Notes: generated from the sequence alone by a model not told the origin. A DNA stretch of 63,999 bases, filler included, from Thermoplasmatota archaeon (GCA_041623215.1; 4 parts of 4 records of this genome joined end to end with filler, not necessarily neighbours in it); one strand, 5' to 3'. Shown: positions 40,274-51,071, counted from the whole stretch's first letter. Made by a program: numbers and translations.

Positions 40274-40419
40274 GATATGGGGCCCCCCAATTGCGGAACA
40301 ACAAGGAACCGCGATTGGACCATCCTGAACGACTGACCCACCACATATAGGCTTTATTGGAACGCCCTCCTGTTGGTGGGCGATTTTTGGCTATTTTGGG
40401 CAGGTGGCGCGCAGGCCGG

Positions 40420-43400
40420 TCAGTGCAGAATGCCGGCGCGTCCGCAACTCGGGCAGGTAGCTTTCACCGGGCGCTCGCCCTCGATGAAGAACCGACTCTC
40501 ACAGGCCGGGCATTGCGCATTGTTGCCATCCTCGTCCGCCTCCGGGCCGCCATGCTCGGTCGTCGTGGTGGTCTCCGTGGTCGTGGAGGTGGCCACGAGG
40601 CCGTCGTCTAGGGCGTCGTCGTCAACGTCACCTTCGTCCCACGTGTAACCGCTGAACTCCTCGTCCTCCTCCATTTCCAGCGACTCGGCGCGCCCGTAGC
40701 GGTACCACCGAAGGGCCATCCAGGCGGCAACCGCAATGATGGACAGAATGAACAGAATCAGGAGGGGCCAAATCCACCAGGGGTAGCGCGTTTCCGTCTC
40801 GCGACCTTCGCCAACGGGTACGCCACCGTCGGTTTCCTGAACCAAGGCCGTGAAGCCAGGCACGTTGCTCGGCTGGTGGGCAGCCGACCCGGAACAATCA
40901 CTCGTGCTGGTGCTGCCGTCAACACTGAATCCAAGTGCGGTGCTCAGGCCATAGAAAACCGTCAACACGTAGCGGCTCTCGGCGCTGTTGGTCGGCGAGT
41001 CATCCTTGTACTCGAGATTGTTGTAGGCGTCCGTGCCCTTGGAGAGGGTGGCAACGCAAAGGAATACGCCGCCGTCGCTGCGCCAAATTTGGATGCCAAG
41101 CGGGTCGGCAGGTAGGCCCAAATCGGCCGGACTTGCCCACTCCAGGATATTGGTGGCGCCCTGGCGGGCAATGGAGAGCGACTTCGTGAGCTTGACGTTG
41201 CCATCCTTGATTTGCGCCTCGGTCAGCACGAGGCCGGGATTGGCACCGCCGCCGGAATCGCCGCCACCTCCAGTGGTGCCGCCGCCCGTGCTGCCACCCA
41301 GCACCACGTAGCGAACAGGATTACTGGCAGGCGAATCGGGCGCCCGGTTGCCGGCCACATCCATGGCCGCCACCGTGTAGCTGTAGGTACCATTGACCTG
41401 CGGCTTGTGTTGGAAGGCACGGTCGTCCGCCCCCTGCGTGGTGCCAAGGACCGCGTCGCCAACCTTGACGACATAATGCGCGATGCCGCTACCCGGCACC
41501 AAATCTTGTACCGGTTCCCAAGCTAAGTGAATGATGCCTTGGCTGTCGGTGCGAACATTGGGTGGTCGCACCAGTTGGCCGGGGCGATTCGTGTCAATTT
41601 TGACGGTAAAACTTGCAGCAGTCCCTTCGTTGCCAGCGCGGTCTGTGGCAGCGTACGTAATGAGGACTTCCCCTTGCAGAAGCGGCGTGAAGGGGCCGGT
41701 GTAGGAATCGCTGCCAAGGTCCGTAACGCCGTTGGCTTCGCCGTAGGTAATCGACGCCGTCGACTCCGTGGCCGTGAGTTGAATTTGAGGCCGGGTGTTG
41801 TACCAGCCGTTTTGATTGGGTGCAGCGGGCGCCACACTTACAGATACGAGCGGAATTACACCATCGCGCGCCGCCACGTCTTGGAAGGTCCGCATTTGGT
41901 TAGCGGGCAGCGCTAGGTCCGTCAATGCCTCCCCGACATAGGAGATGGTTGGCCGTTCGTCACCGGGACTGACATCGTCGCCAAGAACAAGTAGCAACTG
42001 TCGCCCCGAGTCCCCGTCCACCAAGACTTGGGCTGGAGCCGAACCATCTTCGCGCCGCTCCGTCTTGATGAGCCAGTGGGCTGTGTCGAGGTGCGTTTGT
42101 TGGTTGACGAAGCTCAATTTTTCCGAGAAAACTAGGCGCACCGCATCGATGAAGCCGTTGCCGTTTTGATCGACGGTCGTGGCTGCTTGCAGCGTGGGAG
42201 CCTCAATGTCGCGAACGTTCTTGGCAATGACCGGAACAAAGACCCCAGGGGCACCGACTCGGCGCACGGAATCTTGTACCACCGACACCGTAGCAGGCGC
42301 GCCGTTCTGATTGATGTGGGCGACTTCTAGGGGCGACGAGAGCACGGCACTGAAGACATCGGGGCGGTTGGTCGCATCCAGGGAAAGGAATTGGAGCACG
42401 GACCCGGCGCCGTTACTAATCTCCAAATCGTCGAAGTCCAGAGCTAAGCCTGTAGCGGACTCCACCGCTTCTGTGAAACGAATGGTCAGCGCTGTGGAAC
42501 CCACATTGCCTGTGACGCTGGCCAGGAACGGGCGGTCCGATTTGACGAGCGCACGGACTGCCGGATCAACGGTGTTGCCTGCAGCATCCGTGATGGCCCC
42601 AGTCGTAATGGAAACCTCCTCGGTGCCAATGTCATCCTCGTTGAGGGGCGCATCGAGCGTCAAAACGGCCGTTCGATTGGATTCGTAGTAAACGGCTTGC
42701 TGGATGGTTGTGCCACCGATGCCGTTGGCGTCATGATAGACAAAGGACTCAGGTGCGACGCCCGACACTGGCTCGCTGAACACCATGTCTAGGTGTTGGC
42801 CGCCGACCTCCGTCGGCAAGAGAACAAACGCGGGCCTCGCGCCGTCGTGGCGCCGTTCCTGAATCACGGACACATCGGCCAAGTCATTGCGCGCAGTGTC
42901 GTTGACCGCGACGCCGCCAAAGGCCCCGTAATCTAGCGAGGGCACGGTGCCGGAATCAGGACTGCCTTCCTGCAGTCGCAGGAGAATCGTGGCGTCATCC
43001 GGGCCACTGCCAATGTCGTTCCCAGTATCCACCGAAGTGATGGTGTAGGTGCCGCCACCCACTTCCCATTGGCCCACCACGACACTGCCGTCGTTGATGC
43101 CCTCGGAGAATACAATGCGGTAGGCATCGATGCGCCCGTCAGGAATGTCCGACGGGGAAAGGTCCAATGTGGTCGCCGACAGAATGGTCGGCTCGGCACG
43201 GTCCAAGGAGAGAAGGGCCGCCGCCATAGGCAGCATGGCGTTGCCGGACGCATCCGCCACCGAGCCTCCACCAACGTAACGAATCTGCGGCCGGTGCGCC
43301 GTGTCACCTGCTCCAACGAACTGCAGGAGCACCGTAGCGTCGGAGGGGTTAGGGTCCACGATGCTCGCGCCCGTGACCGCCGGCTGCACCGTCAGGTGCT

Positions 43401-44469
43401 GCGTTTGCAAGGAGCTAGTGTCAACGGCTTCCGTGAAGGTCAGAACGACGCCATCCACCTTGCCATCAACGCTGCCGCGCGTGGTAGCCTCGCGCAGTTT
43501 GGGCGCGACCCCATCCTGTTCCTCAACACCGTCGTCGCCAAAGTCGAACAGGACCTTTTGGTCGAAGTCTTCGATGCCGGGGTTGGTGGGGAAATCGGCT
43601 TCATAATGCAACTGCGGGCGAGCGCCAGTGTCAATGGCGGCAGCTGGCGGGAAGGACAGGAGAATCGCCTCAACCGGGCCGCCGGGAGATACTTGGGCTG
43701 CCGAGTTGGTGGCGACGTTCCAGGGTAGGTGCGCGCTGCCCTGGCGACCGCCAACGATGAACTCGTAGGCAAAGATGCTCTCCTCCCGCACCGGTTCGCT
43801 AAATTCGATGAGGTACGCATCCACGCGGCCGTCGCCATCAACGTCGCGCGTGACCGCCGACTCCACCGTCGGGGGGCCATCGCTGACGATGCTAATCGTG
43901 TGGGCACGTGGTGCCTGGGTCGCACCTTGAGCCGAACGGAAGGCGCGCTGGCTGCTGTCCACCCCCGGTTGGAGCTCAAATCCTTCCACGGAAACTTCGA
44001 AGGCGGTGCCGACCGCGGGTTCGCCACGGACGGAGAACGTGATGTTGAACGATGCTGTGCTGCCGTCATTAGGGATGGCATCGGCTTCGGAGAGCGCCTC
44101 GAAGACGAGTTGTCGAACCTCCGAGGGAACCGGATTGGGCAGGACCAGGCGCCAGCCGGGCTGCAACGCAACAGATTTCTGGAGGTCAAATTCGATGAAG
44201 CGCCCGGTGCCGTCATCGGGCGGGGACTCATAGACGACGCGATGAATGGAATACTGCGGATTGGTCACCGTGCGCCGGAGATTCTCCACCTCGGAAACGA
44301 ACGACACGCCATCATCGAGCGGCTTGGCATCCACCCGTGCAGGGTCACGCTCCAGCGGTCCATGCGTGGCGCTGCCATGCGCCGCGACGACGACGAGAAG
44401 TAAGCCAACGGAAAGGAGAATCCACAGGGACCCGGCAAGCATCCGCGCGGTGATCGATGATCGGAACAT
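40420..44469 (-). CDS. Giant surface protein (Big/FN3 repeats, DxDGDG loops), single TM, cytoplasmic Zn ribbon
   Basis: Signal peptide; repeated T.D...G.IDA....FSE; TM; acidic linker; CPAC...RP...CPSCG. Confidence 0.8.
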   Translation of the reverse strand: MFRSSITARMLAGSLWILLSVGLLLVVVAAHGSATHGPLERDPARVDAKPLDDGVSFVSEVENLRRTVTNPQYSIHRVVYESPPDDGTGRFIEFDLQKSVALQPGWRLVLPNPVPSEVRQLVFEALSEADAIPNDGSTASFNITFSVRGEPAVGTAFEVSVEGFELQPGVDSSQRAFRSAQGATQAPRAHTISIVSDGPPTVESAVTRDVDGDGRVDAYLIEFSEPVREESIFAYEFIVGGRQGSAHLPWNVATNSAAQVSPGGPVEAILLSFPPAAAIDTGARPQLHYEADFPTNPGIEDFDQKVLFDFGDDGVEEQDGVAPKLREATTRGSVDGKVDGVVLTFTEAVDTSSLQTQHLTVQPAVTGASIVDPNPSDATVLLQFVGAGDTAHRPQIRYVGGGSVADASGNAMLPMAAALLSLDRAEPTILSATTLDLSPSDIPDGRIDAYRIVFSEGINDGSVVVGQWEVGGGTYTITSVDTGNDIGSGPDDATILLRLQEGSPDSGTVPSLDYGAFGGVAVNDTARNDLADVSVIQERRHDGARPAFVLLPTEVGGQHLDMVFSEPVSGVAPESFVYHDANGIGGTTIQQAVYYESNRTAVLTLDAPLNEDDIGTEEVSITTGAITDAAGNTVDPAVRALVKSDRPFLASVTGNVGSTALTIRFTEAVESATGLALDFDDLEISNGAGSVLQFLSLDATNRPDVFSAVLSSPLEVAHINQNGAPATVSVVQDSVRRVGAPGVFVPVIAKNVRDIEAPTLQAATTVDQNGNGFIDAVRLVFSEKLSFVNQQTHLDTAHWLIKTERREDGSAPAQVLVDGDSGRQLLLVLGDDVSPGDERPTISYVGEALTDLALPANQMRTFQDVAARDGVIPLVSVSVAPAAPNQNGWYNTRPQIQLTATESTASITYGEANGVTDLGSDSYTGPFTPLLQGEVLITYAATDRAGNEGTAASFTVKIDTNRPGQLVRPPNVRTDSQGIIHLAWEPVQDLVPGSGIAHYVVKVGDAVLGTTQGADDRAFQHKPQVNGTYSYTVAAMDVAGNRAPDSPASNPVRYVVLGGSTGGGTTGGGGDSGGGANPGLVLTEAQIKDGNVKLTKSLSIARQGATNILEWASPADLGLPADPLGIQIWRSDGGVFLCVATLSKGTDAYNNLEYKDDSPTNSAESRYVLTVFYGLSTALGFSVDGSTSTSDCSGSAAHQPSNVPGFTALVQETDGGVPVGEGRETETRYPWWIWPLLILFILSIIAVAAWMALRWYRYGRAESLEMEEDEEFSGYTWDEGDVDDDALDDGLVATSTTTETTTTTEHGGPEADEDGNNAQCPACESRFFIEGERPVKATCPSCGRAGILH

Positions 44470-44597
44470 GCTGTCGCTCGTGCAGCCGGCGCACGACGTG
44501 GCCTGGCCCCGGCTGCTATCAGTCGCTCAAGGTGCCGTCGATTGATAAAAGAGCACCGGTCCTCTCCTGTTGGGGGGCTAGGAGCAGCCCCACCCGA

Positions 44598-47500
44598 TTA
44601 GTTGAGAACGCCGCTGACGCCGCAGTGCGGACAGGTCGTATGCAAGGGGCGGCTACCCTCAACCGTGAAGCCACCGCTGCAAGCGGGACAAGTCAAGTCG
44701 TGCTCCTGCGCAGTAGCGGTGATTGTCGGACCTGCCGGCTCGGCAGTCACAGCACCGCCCATCGGGTCCGAAGCCCCGCTACTCCAGTCGTCATCGGGCC
44801 AATCCGGGGCATCGGAGCCACCCATATCCTGTGGCCAATGGGTCGCAACCGCTCCGCCAGCCGGTGCAATCGACCCTTCGCTCGAGCCGTCCCCGGCGCC
44901 GCTATGCGTGTAATGCTGGTCAATCGCGCCCAGGTCAATCAAGCCCTCGGCGGACTTGGTCTTCTTGCCACCCTTACGCGTTACCAGCCAAATCAACAGG
45001 AGAACCAAGGCCAGAATCACCAACAGGGCATTGATGATGATGAGCCACACCCACCAGCCCCATGTGTCGTCGGCCGTTTGACCAGGGAAATCCGCCGTAT
45101 CAGGAGCGATGCTGCCAACACCCGAATACCAACCCAATTCCTGACTCAAACCAAAGTAGATTGTGACCAGGTAGCGCGAGGTTCGCTCCTTGCCCGGGGC
45201 AACGGTCGTATCCAGGTATTCACCCGTGAAGCTGGACGATTCAATCGTTTCCAGTAAGGTGTACGGGGACGAGCTGCGCCACACCTGGACGCCCATGGGT
45301 TCCAGTGGCAGGTCCGGCAAGGTCCAACGTAGGAAGTTCCCATCATCACGAACCTCGACTGTGAGGGTCACGCCGCGGATGTAGGAGGCCAAGTCCGCCG
45401 CAGAAATGCGCACAATGTTGAGCACGAAGGGCGTTTGGTCGGCGCCCAGGCCGCCATCGCTACGCGCCTTGACATGGAAATAACGAACCCCAGACGGCAG
45501 ACGGTCGGTTACTGAACACAAGTCCAGCCGAGCCTCGGATACGTTGTCATCCTGCTCGGTCACCACGTAGCCTTCATCCGTGCTAATCGCCCAGTGGTAC
45601 GTGACATCCGAACCATCAGCGTCGGTGATCTCATTCCAGATGAACACCGGGCACGCATCGGCGGAAGGCCGGGTTTGAATGTGCGTGCTGGACGTCAAGG
45701 TAATACGGCCCGTCGGCGGGGTGCGGTCAGGCACCTCGAGGATGGTGACGCCATTGAACGTCCCGACGTCCAGTTCGCCGCCATCAGCGCGCAGAAGGAC
45801 GATGCGGAACGTGCCAGTGGCCCCCAGCGCATCGGGGTTCACAATACCGCTCACCGTGAGCGACTTGGCGCCGGCAATCCAGGTACGGGTTGTGCCTTCG
45901 CGAGACAAGGTCAGAGTGCTGCCATCCAACGAGGCATTCAGGGTGCCGGCAGCGCCAGTTCCTTCCATGTTGGCCGAAACGTTTCGGAACGTGAAGCCAG
46001 CCGGGAACTGAACCGTGAGCCGGCCGTCGGCAGGCCAGGCGGTTGCGGTGGTAAACCCGAACGAGTAAGTGGCATTCTCGCCACGAACCTTGGTGTCGGA
46101 GTTGACAGAAAGGCCAGTCAGGCTGCCGGCCACGATACTTGGTCCGGAGCGGCTGGCGCGGTCAAGCCGGCCATCGTCACTGCCCCATGTGGACAAGGAG
46201 AACGTGCCTGCCGCACCGCGCTGGAGCGGATTGCCAATGTTGCTGAGGCTGAAGTTCACAGCCGTGCCAGCAGGGTAGGGATTGTTCAGAAGACGAATGG
46301 TGGCGGTGCGGTTGGCAGCATCCACGGTGAGCGTGCCACCCGCCGTCGGCTCAGCCACAAGAGCGGTTGCGCCGCCCGTGTTGAGGCGGAATCCCGCCGG
46401 TAACGTGAGCGCAATCTTACCACCCGCATCCACCGCTGTGGTGGGTGTGAAAGAGACGGCCAGCGTGTGGTTTTGTCCGGCACGATTACTTCCGAGTTGC
46501 AAGGTAAAATTAGCAGAAGGAATGACGGATGGTTCAACAATCGAAACACCCGAAGCCGTACCTTGGTCGATCTTGCGGCCGTCGGCGCGCTCCGTCCAGA
46601 TCGTGAAGGTGCCCGTGGTGCCGCCGAGGTCAGGGTTGTGAGCTGCAACGGTGAAGCTCACCGTGCTGCCGCCGGCCCGAGATTGCGTCACGCTGGCGGT
46701 CGCAACCCGGTCGCCATCCGAATCGCCCGGGACAACGTAGCCGGCCGGGAATTGAACTTTGAAACGGTCGCCCACCAGGATTGCGTTGGTGGTATTGAAC
46801 TGGAAGGTTTGATCGGTCAACTGACCACGCCGAGTGCCATCAGGCGCTGCCACGGCGTCCGACAAGGGTCCCGGCGTCAAGCTCAGGCGGTCTTGGGCAC
46901 GCCCTTCGATGGGGTCGTAATTGGGCTCCAAGGAGGCCAGTGTAAAGATGCCCGTGTCGCCAGAGACCGCAGGATTCGTTACGTTGGTTACCTGAACTAG
47001 GTAATCGGTTGCGGCACTCAATTGGACGCTCCCGATGGTCGCGGTCACGGTCAGGCCGTTGCGGGTAAGGGCACTTGTGCCGACCCCCGGCATGAAAATC
47101 TGGCTGGGATGGCCGGCCGCATCAAAGCTGAAGCCAGCGGGGAAGGTGATGTTGAAATGGCCACCGGAGGGCAGGTTCTCGTCCAGTCGGAAGTGAACCT
47201 CCACCGTTCCTCGGCCACCCGCCGCAGTATTGTTGGTACGAACGTCCGCCTGCGGGATGAGCGGGACCAGCGTAGGACCGGTCGCAGTGCCTTCATCCAC
47301 GATGCCTGATGGCTGCGTGGTTCGAACCGTGATGTCACCCGGGCTACCAGCGGACGCTACAAGCGGATTGGGCACGTCCGGGATGGTTACGGTGAGCGCC
47401 GCACCGGCCGTGATGCTGCCCAGGGCGATGGTGACGTTGTCCGCGCCACCCACGTGGCCGCCCGTCTTCGTGCCGCTAACCGTGATGTTAGCAGCGTCAA

Positions 47501-48206
47501 TGCTGGCAAGCTCGTAGGCGAGCGGGAACCGAAGGTCCAAAAGCGCATCGTCGCCGATGTTACCCCCGGGCGTCACGGTGAATACGTAATCCGTGATGGC
47601 GCCGGTAATCGTGTCGCCCACTGCCAGCGACGCCGTAAGCGTGCCTTGCGTGATGGTCTTGCCTGGGAAGTTGTCCGAGGTGATGGCACCGCCATCTTTG
47701 TCCTTCAGGTCGGCGCTGAACGTTCCCGTTGCACCGACAGCGCCATTGTGGATGCCGGCGATGGTTACCACGATGGTTGTGTCGTCCTCGCCGACCTCTC
47801 CCGTAGTCGTGGCGCGGCGCGTCACGTTGACGGTCTGACCGTCAACCGACACCAGGGGCGCCGGCGAATCGGTTGTGCTGGCAACCGAAACGGATGCGCC
47901 GGTAATGTGCGTCAAATCAAAGCCAGCCGGAAAGTCCAGCAGCATCGAGCCATTCTTGGGCCACACTTTGCTGGTCGTCGGCGGGATGTCAGTCCCCCCA
48001 TCGTGCATTTGGAACGTGAACGTCCAGTCTGCGTCGCGACCGGCAACCAACGTCGTGGCACTTGTCTGCTTGTCATCCAGTACCGCCTGGGCAGCGGGCA
48101 CGAGTAGCAAGAAGACCATCAAGGTAAGGCCGGCGCCCAGAAGGCAGCGCATCGCGGTGCGGGCGCCGTAGGCGCCTCCAGGCCGTTGGCAGCGTTCGCT
48201 CGACAT
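44598..48206 (-). CDS. Giant surface protein (beta-sandwich repeats), single TM, cytoplasmic Zn ribbon; start at 48206 or 48152
   Basis: Repeated FPAGF...NP...G.TGTF units; TM; CPAC...RP...CPHCG. Confidence 0.8.
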   Translation of the reverse strand: MSSERCQRPGGAYGARTAMRCLLGAGLTLMVFLLLVPAAQAVLDDKQTSATTLVAGRDADWTFTFQMHDGGTDIPPTTSKVWPKNGSMLLDFPAGFDLTHITGASVSVASTTDSPAPLVSVDGQTVNVTRRATTTGEVGEDDTTIVVTIAGIHNGAVGATGTFSADLKDKDGGAITSDNFPGKTITQGTLTASLAVGDTITGAITDYVFTVTPGGNIGDDALLDLRFPLAYELASIDAANITVSGTKTGGHVGGADNVTIALGSITAGAALTVTIPDVPNPLVASAGSPGDITVRTTQPSGIVDEGTATGPTLVPLIPQADVRTNNTAAGGRGTVEVHFRLDENLPSGGHFNITFPAGFSFDAAGHPSQIFMPGVGTSALTRNGLTVTATIGSVQLSAATDYLVQVTNVTNPAVSGDTGIFTLASLEPNYDPIEGRAQDRLSLTPGPLSDAVAAPDGTRRGQLTDQTFQFNTTNAILVGDRFKVQFPAGYVVPGDSDGDRVATASVTQSRAGGSTVSFTVAAHNPDLGGTTGTFTIWTERADGRKIDQGTASGVSIVEPSVIPSANFTLQLGSNRAGQNHTLAVSFTPTTAVDAGGKIALTLPAGFRLNTGGATALVAEPTAGGTLTVDAANRTATIRLLNNPYPAGTAVNFSLSNIGNPLQRGAAGTFSLSTWGSDDGRLDRASRSGPSIVAGSLTGLSVNSDTKVRGENATYSFGFTTATAWPADGRLTVQFPAGFTFRNVSANMEGTGAAGTLNASLDGSTLTLSREGTTRTWIAGAKSLTVSGIVNPDALGATGTFRIVLLRADGGELDVGTFNGVTILEVPDRTPPTGRITLTSSTHIQTRPSADACPVFIWNEITDADGSDVTYHWAISTDEGYVVTEQDDNVSEARLDLCSVTDRLPSGVRYFHVKARSDGGLGADQTPFVLNIVRISAADLASYIRGVTLTVEVRDDGNFLRWTLPDLPLEPMGVQVWRSSSPYTLLETIESSSFTGEYLDTTVAPGKERTSRYLVTIYFGLSQELGWYSGVGSIAPDTADFPGQTADDTWGWWVWLIIINALLVILALVLLLIWLVTRKGGKKTKSAEGLIDLGAIDQHYTHSGAGDGSSEGSIAPAGGAVATHWPQDMGGSDAPDWPDDDWSSGASDPMGGAVTAEPAGPTITATAQEHDLTCPACSGGFTVEGSRPLHTTCPHCGVSGVLN

Positions 48207-48333
48207 GAGGTGTTGGTTCCACCAGGAGAGACTCTTAAAACCGCATCGAAACGAGGAGATGCCTGCCGGCAGGCCGACAATGGCTCGACCTACCGAGTCG
48301 TGGCGCTACGGTTGGCTAATCACAACCCGCGGT

Positions 48334-49731
48334 TTAGGAACAGCCGTCGTAACCGTACGGGACGTTGCAATCTTCGTCGTCAATGTCAGGCCCTGCAATC
48401 TGACCATAGCGAGGCTCCTGAGTGCGCACCACGGTACCGTCGCGGTTGACGGTGTAGTCGTGATAAACGCCCCACAGGCCTTGGACGCCGTCATGGTCGT
48501 GGTCCACCCGGTGGAGCACCAGATTGTCCAGAACCGGCAGGCGCAGGGTCACGGAGCCCGTTGGCAAGTCGTCTTCGCCAACGGGGATGCGGATTTCTTG
48601 GTTCACGTCGCGGTAGATGGCACCGGTGACAAGGCCCCCACCTAGCGGGTCGCGAATACGGTTAATGTGCAGCACTAAGGCGTCACCACTACTAGTCAGC
48701 TTGACCGCATAGTCGTCCTGGTGGTAGCGGCCTACGGGGTCATCGGTGTCGGTCCGGTCAACCTTGGGGCTGTAGACGGTTACGCCGCGCGTTGAAAGTG
48801 GGTTGTTGACGTAGATGACCTGTTCCACTGCGCAGGTAGTCCGGTGGCGAACGGCTTGGACAATGTAGTGGTTCCAATTCTCGACCGGAACCGTGCACAT
48901 GTCACGGCGGTCCGAATCAAAGTCCACGAACTGCTCTAGGATGAAGGGTAGGCCGTCGCAATCGGTGTCCGTCGGGCGGCAGTAATAGTCGTGCGGGTCA
49001 CTGTTGGCTTCGCTTTCATTGCCCGACTCCCAGCCCTCACAGTCTTGGTCAATGGGGGTGCAGCGGGGGTTGCGGGGGTCAGTGCCCGCATCCACCTCTT
49101 CGCCATCGGAGAAGCCGTCGCCGTCGCTGTCCCATTTGTTGGGCTCGGTGCGGTGCACGCGGTTTTCGTCAAAATCGGACAGCCCGTCGTCGTCCGTGTC
49201 AGCGTCGTTGGGGTCAGTGCCGCCGCCTTGCTCGCGGACGTTAATTTCCCCGTCGCCGTCGGGGTCGCCGTACGGACCCTGGGCTTCGATGCTGCCAAAG
49301 TGCTTGCGCTCCCACCAATCCCACAAGCCGTCGCAGTCGACATTGTCGGGCGTGCACCAGGCACTGCAAGGGTCGCTGCCAGCGTCAGCCTCATGGCCGT
49401 CGCTGTAGCCATCCCCATCTGAGTCCCATTTCTTCTCGCTCGTACAGCCTTGCTCCTCGATGTAATCCTCTAGCCCGTCGCCGTCTCGGTCAATGGGAGT
49501 GGAGGCAGGATCGGTAGGGTCGCTGCGGGCCCTAATTTCCTCGTCATCCGTGTAGCCATCCTCATCCGTGTCCACGGCGCGCTCCGGCGCTTGGGGCTGC
49601 TCTGGTTGTTCGGGTGCCTCAGGAGGAACGTCTTGGGCGGCAGCCGGAACCAGCGCCATGGCCAGCAGGACACTTGCCAGTAGAGCGGCCGACAACGGCG
49701 AAGCACGCCGACGGGGTGCGACCACGGTCAT
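48334..49731 (-). CDS. Secreted thrombospondin type-3-like Ca-binding repeat protein
   Basis: Signal peptide; DxDxDGxxDxxE...GxDP repeats. Confidence 0.8.
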   Translation of the reverse strand: MTVVAPRRRASPLSAALLASVLLAMALVPAAAQDVPPEAPEQPEQPQAPERAVDTDEDGYTDDEEIRARSDPTDPASTPIDRDGDGLEDYIEEQGCTSEKKWDSDGDGYSDGHEADAGSDPCSAWCTPDNVDCDGLWDWWERKHFGSIEAQGPYGDPDGDGEINVREQGGGTDPNDADTDDDGLSDFDENRVHRTEPNKWDSDGDGFSDGEEVDAGTDPRNPRCTPIDQDCEGWESGNESEANSDPHDYYCRPTDTDCDGLPFILEQFVDFDSDRRDMCTVPVENWNHYIVQAVRHRTTCAVEQVIYVNNPLSTRGVTVYSPKVDRTDTDDPVGRYHQDDYAVKLTSSGDALVLHINRIRDPLGGGLVTGAIYRDVNQEIRIPVGEDDLPTGSVTLRLPVLDNLVLHRVDHDHDGVQGLWGVYHDYTVNRDGTVVRTQEPRYGQIAGPDIDDEDCNVPYGYDGCS

Positions 49732-49733
49732 GA

Positions 49734-51071
49734 TTAGCACCCCGGGAAGCGGCCAAGGGGCACGCAGCGGTTGCCGTCGTCAGGGTCGGGGAAGTCCATG
49801 GAGCCGATGCGGGTTCGCACATCCCGGTGCACGGTTCCATCTTCGGAGACGCCGACCTCTCGGTAGGGGCCGTAGAGGCTACGGATGCCGTCGCTGTCAC
49901 GGTCGTAAGTGACAGTTCCGCCACTCGTGGGCATGAACACCTTGAATTCGAGTGGGAAGGGGACGTATTGGCGTCCGACGGGAATGTCCAGCGGCAGGTA
50001 GAACTCTTGGCTGCGGATGATGCCGGTGCCAGTCGCATCCTGCACTTCGCCAATCCAGACGCGGGTGTGTTCATCGCGGACATCCACCCACAAGATGGCT
50101 ACCTGGGTGCCCGGATTGTAGAGCGTGGCACCACTGAAGCTGAGGGGGTTGGGCGCCGGCTTCGCGTCCCGGCCCTCGAATAAGGCATGGACGCTTCGCT
50201 CTACATCACAGTAAACGAAGGCACAGTACCCCAGGATGTTGTCTGGTAGGAAGTTAATCTTCAGACGAGCGTCATAGTCCGTGTCCAGGTTTTGCTCGAC
50301 GGCCCACGGGGCTCCGTCGCCGTCGCAGTCGCTGGGTGTTGAGTAGAAGTCGTCAGGGTCGCTGCCTTGACCGCCGCAGAACTCGTCGCTCTCTTCTTGG
50401 CTGTTGGTGTAGCCGTCACCGTCGCGGTCATGGGGTGTGCTGGCGGCCCACATGGGGTCGCTGCCCGCTTCCACCTCCACGTGGTCACGGTAACCGTCTT
50501 GGTCACCGTCAACGGCCCAGCAGATGAGGCCGCGGTGATATTCGTCGCCATCCAGCATGCCGTCACTGTCGGTGTCGGGGGACAGCGGGTTGCAGCCGCC
50601 GTAGAATTCAAAGTGGTTGATGAGGCCGTCTCCATCAGGGTCGCCCCATTTTCCCTGCGGCTCGATGCTGCCCCAGTAATGGCGTTCCCAGTAGTCGTAG
50701 AGACTGTCGCAGTCGATGTCATGCGGCCGGCACAGGCGGTTGGTCGGGTCGCTGCCCTTCTGGACCTCGTAGCCGTCGCCAAACGAATCGCCATCACTGT
50801 CGAATTGATCGGGGTCCGTTTCGCCAGGGTCCACAGTGCCGTTGTTATTGCGGTCCTCGTCGGTGTTGTTGAGTCCGTCGCCGTCGCGGTCGATGGGCGT
50901 GCTGGCGGGGTCCTGCGGACTACTGCCGGCCAACAGTTCCTTGAGGTCACTGAAACCATCTTCGTCCGTATCCAACTGGTCAAGCACGTCTTCGGCAGGC
51001 TGGGCCTGGGCAGGCACCATGGCGACTGCGATGAGCAACGTGGCTAGGACGAAGGTACGGGTGCGATTCAT
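49734..51071 (-). CDS. Secreted thrombospondin type-3-like repeat protein (tandem paralog)
   Basis: Signal peptide AQA; same repeats and a related C-terminal domain. Confidence 0.8.
   Translation of the reverse strand: MNRTRTFVLATLLIAVAMVPAQAQPAEDVLDQLDTDEDGFSDLKELLAGSSPQDPASTPIDRDGDGLNNTDEDRNNNGTVDPGETDPDQFDSDGDSFGDGYEVQKGSDPTNRLCRPHDIDCDSLYDYWERHYWGSIEPQGKWGDPDGDGLINHFEFYGGCNPLSPDTDSDGMLDGDEYHRGLICWAVDGDQDGYRDHVEVEAGSDPMWAASTPHDRDGDGYTNSQEESDEFCGGQGSDPDDFYSTPSDCDGDGAPWAVEQNLDTDYDARLKINFLPDNILGYCAFVYCDVERSVHALFEGRDAKPAPNPLSFSGATLYNPGTQVAILWVDVRDEHTRVWIGEVQDATGTGIIRSQEFYLPLDIPVGRQYVPFPLEFKVFMPTSGGTVTYDRDSDGIRSLYGPYREVGVSEDGTVHRDVRTRIGSMDFPDPDDGNRCVPLGRFPGC

Noticed and set aside
48900..50990. 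Recurrent ccgtcgccgtc-type motifs as a possible CRISPR array
   Set aside because: They are codons of Asp/Gly TSP3-like repeats, with irregular spacing and no cas genes
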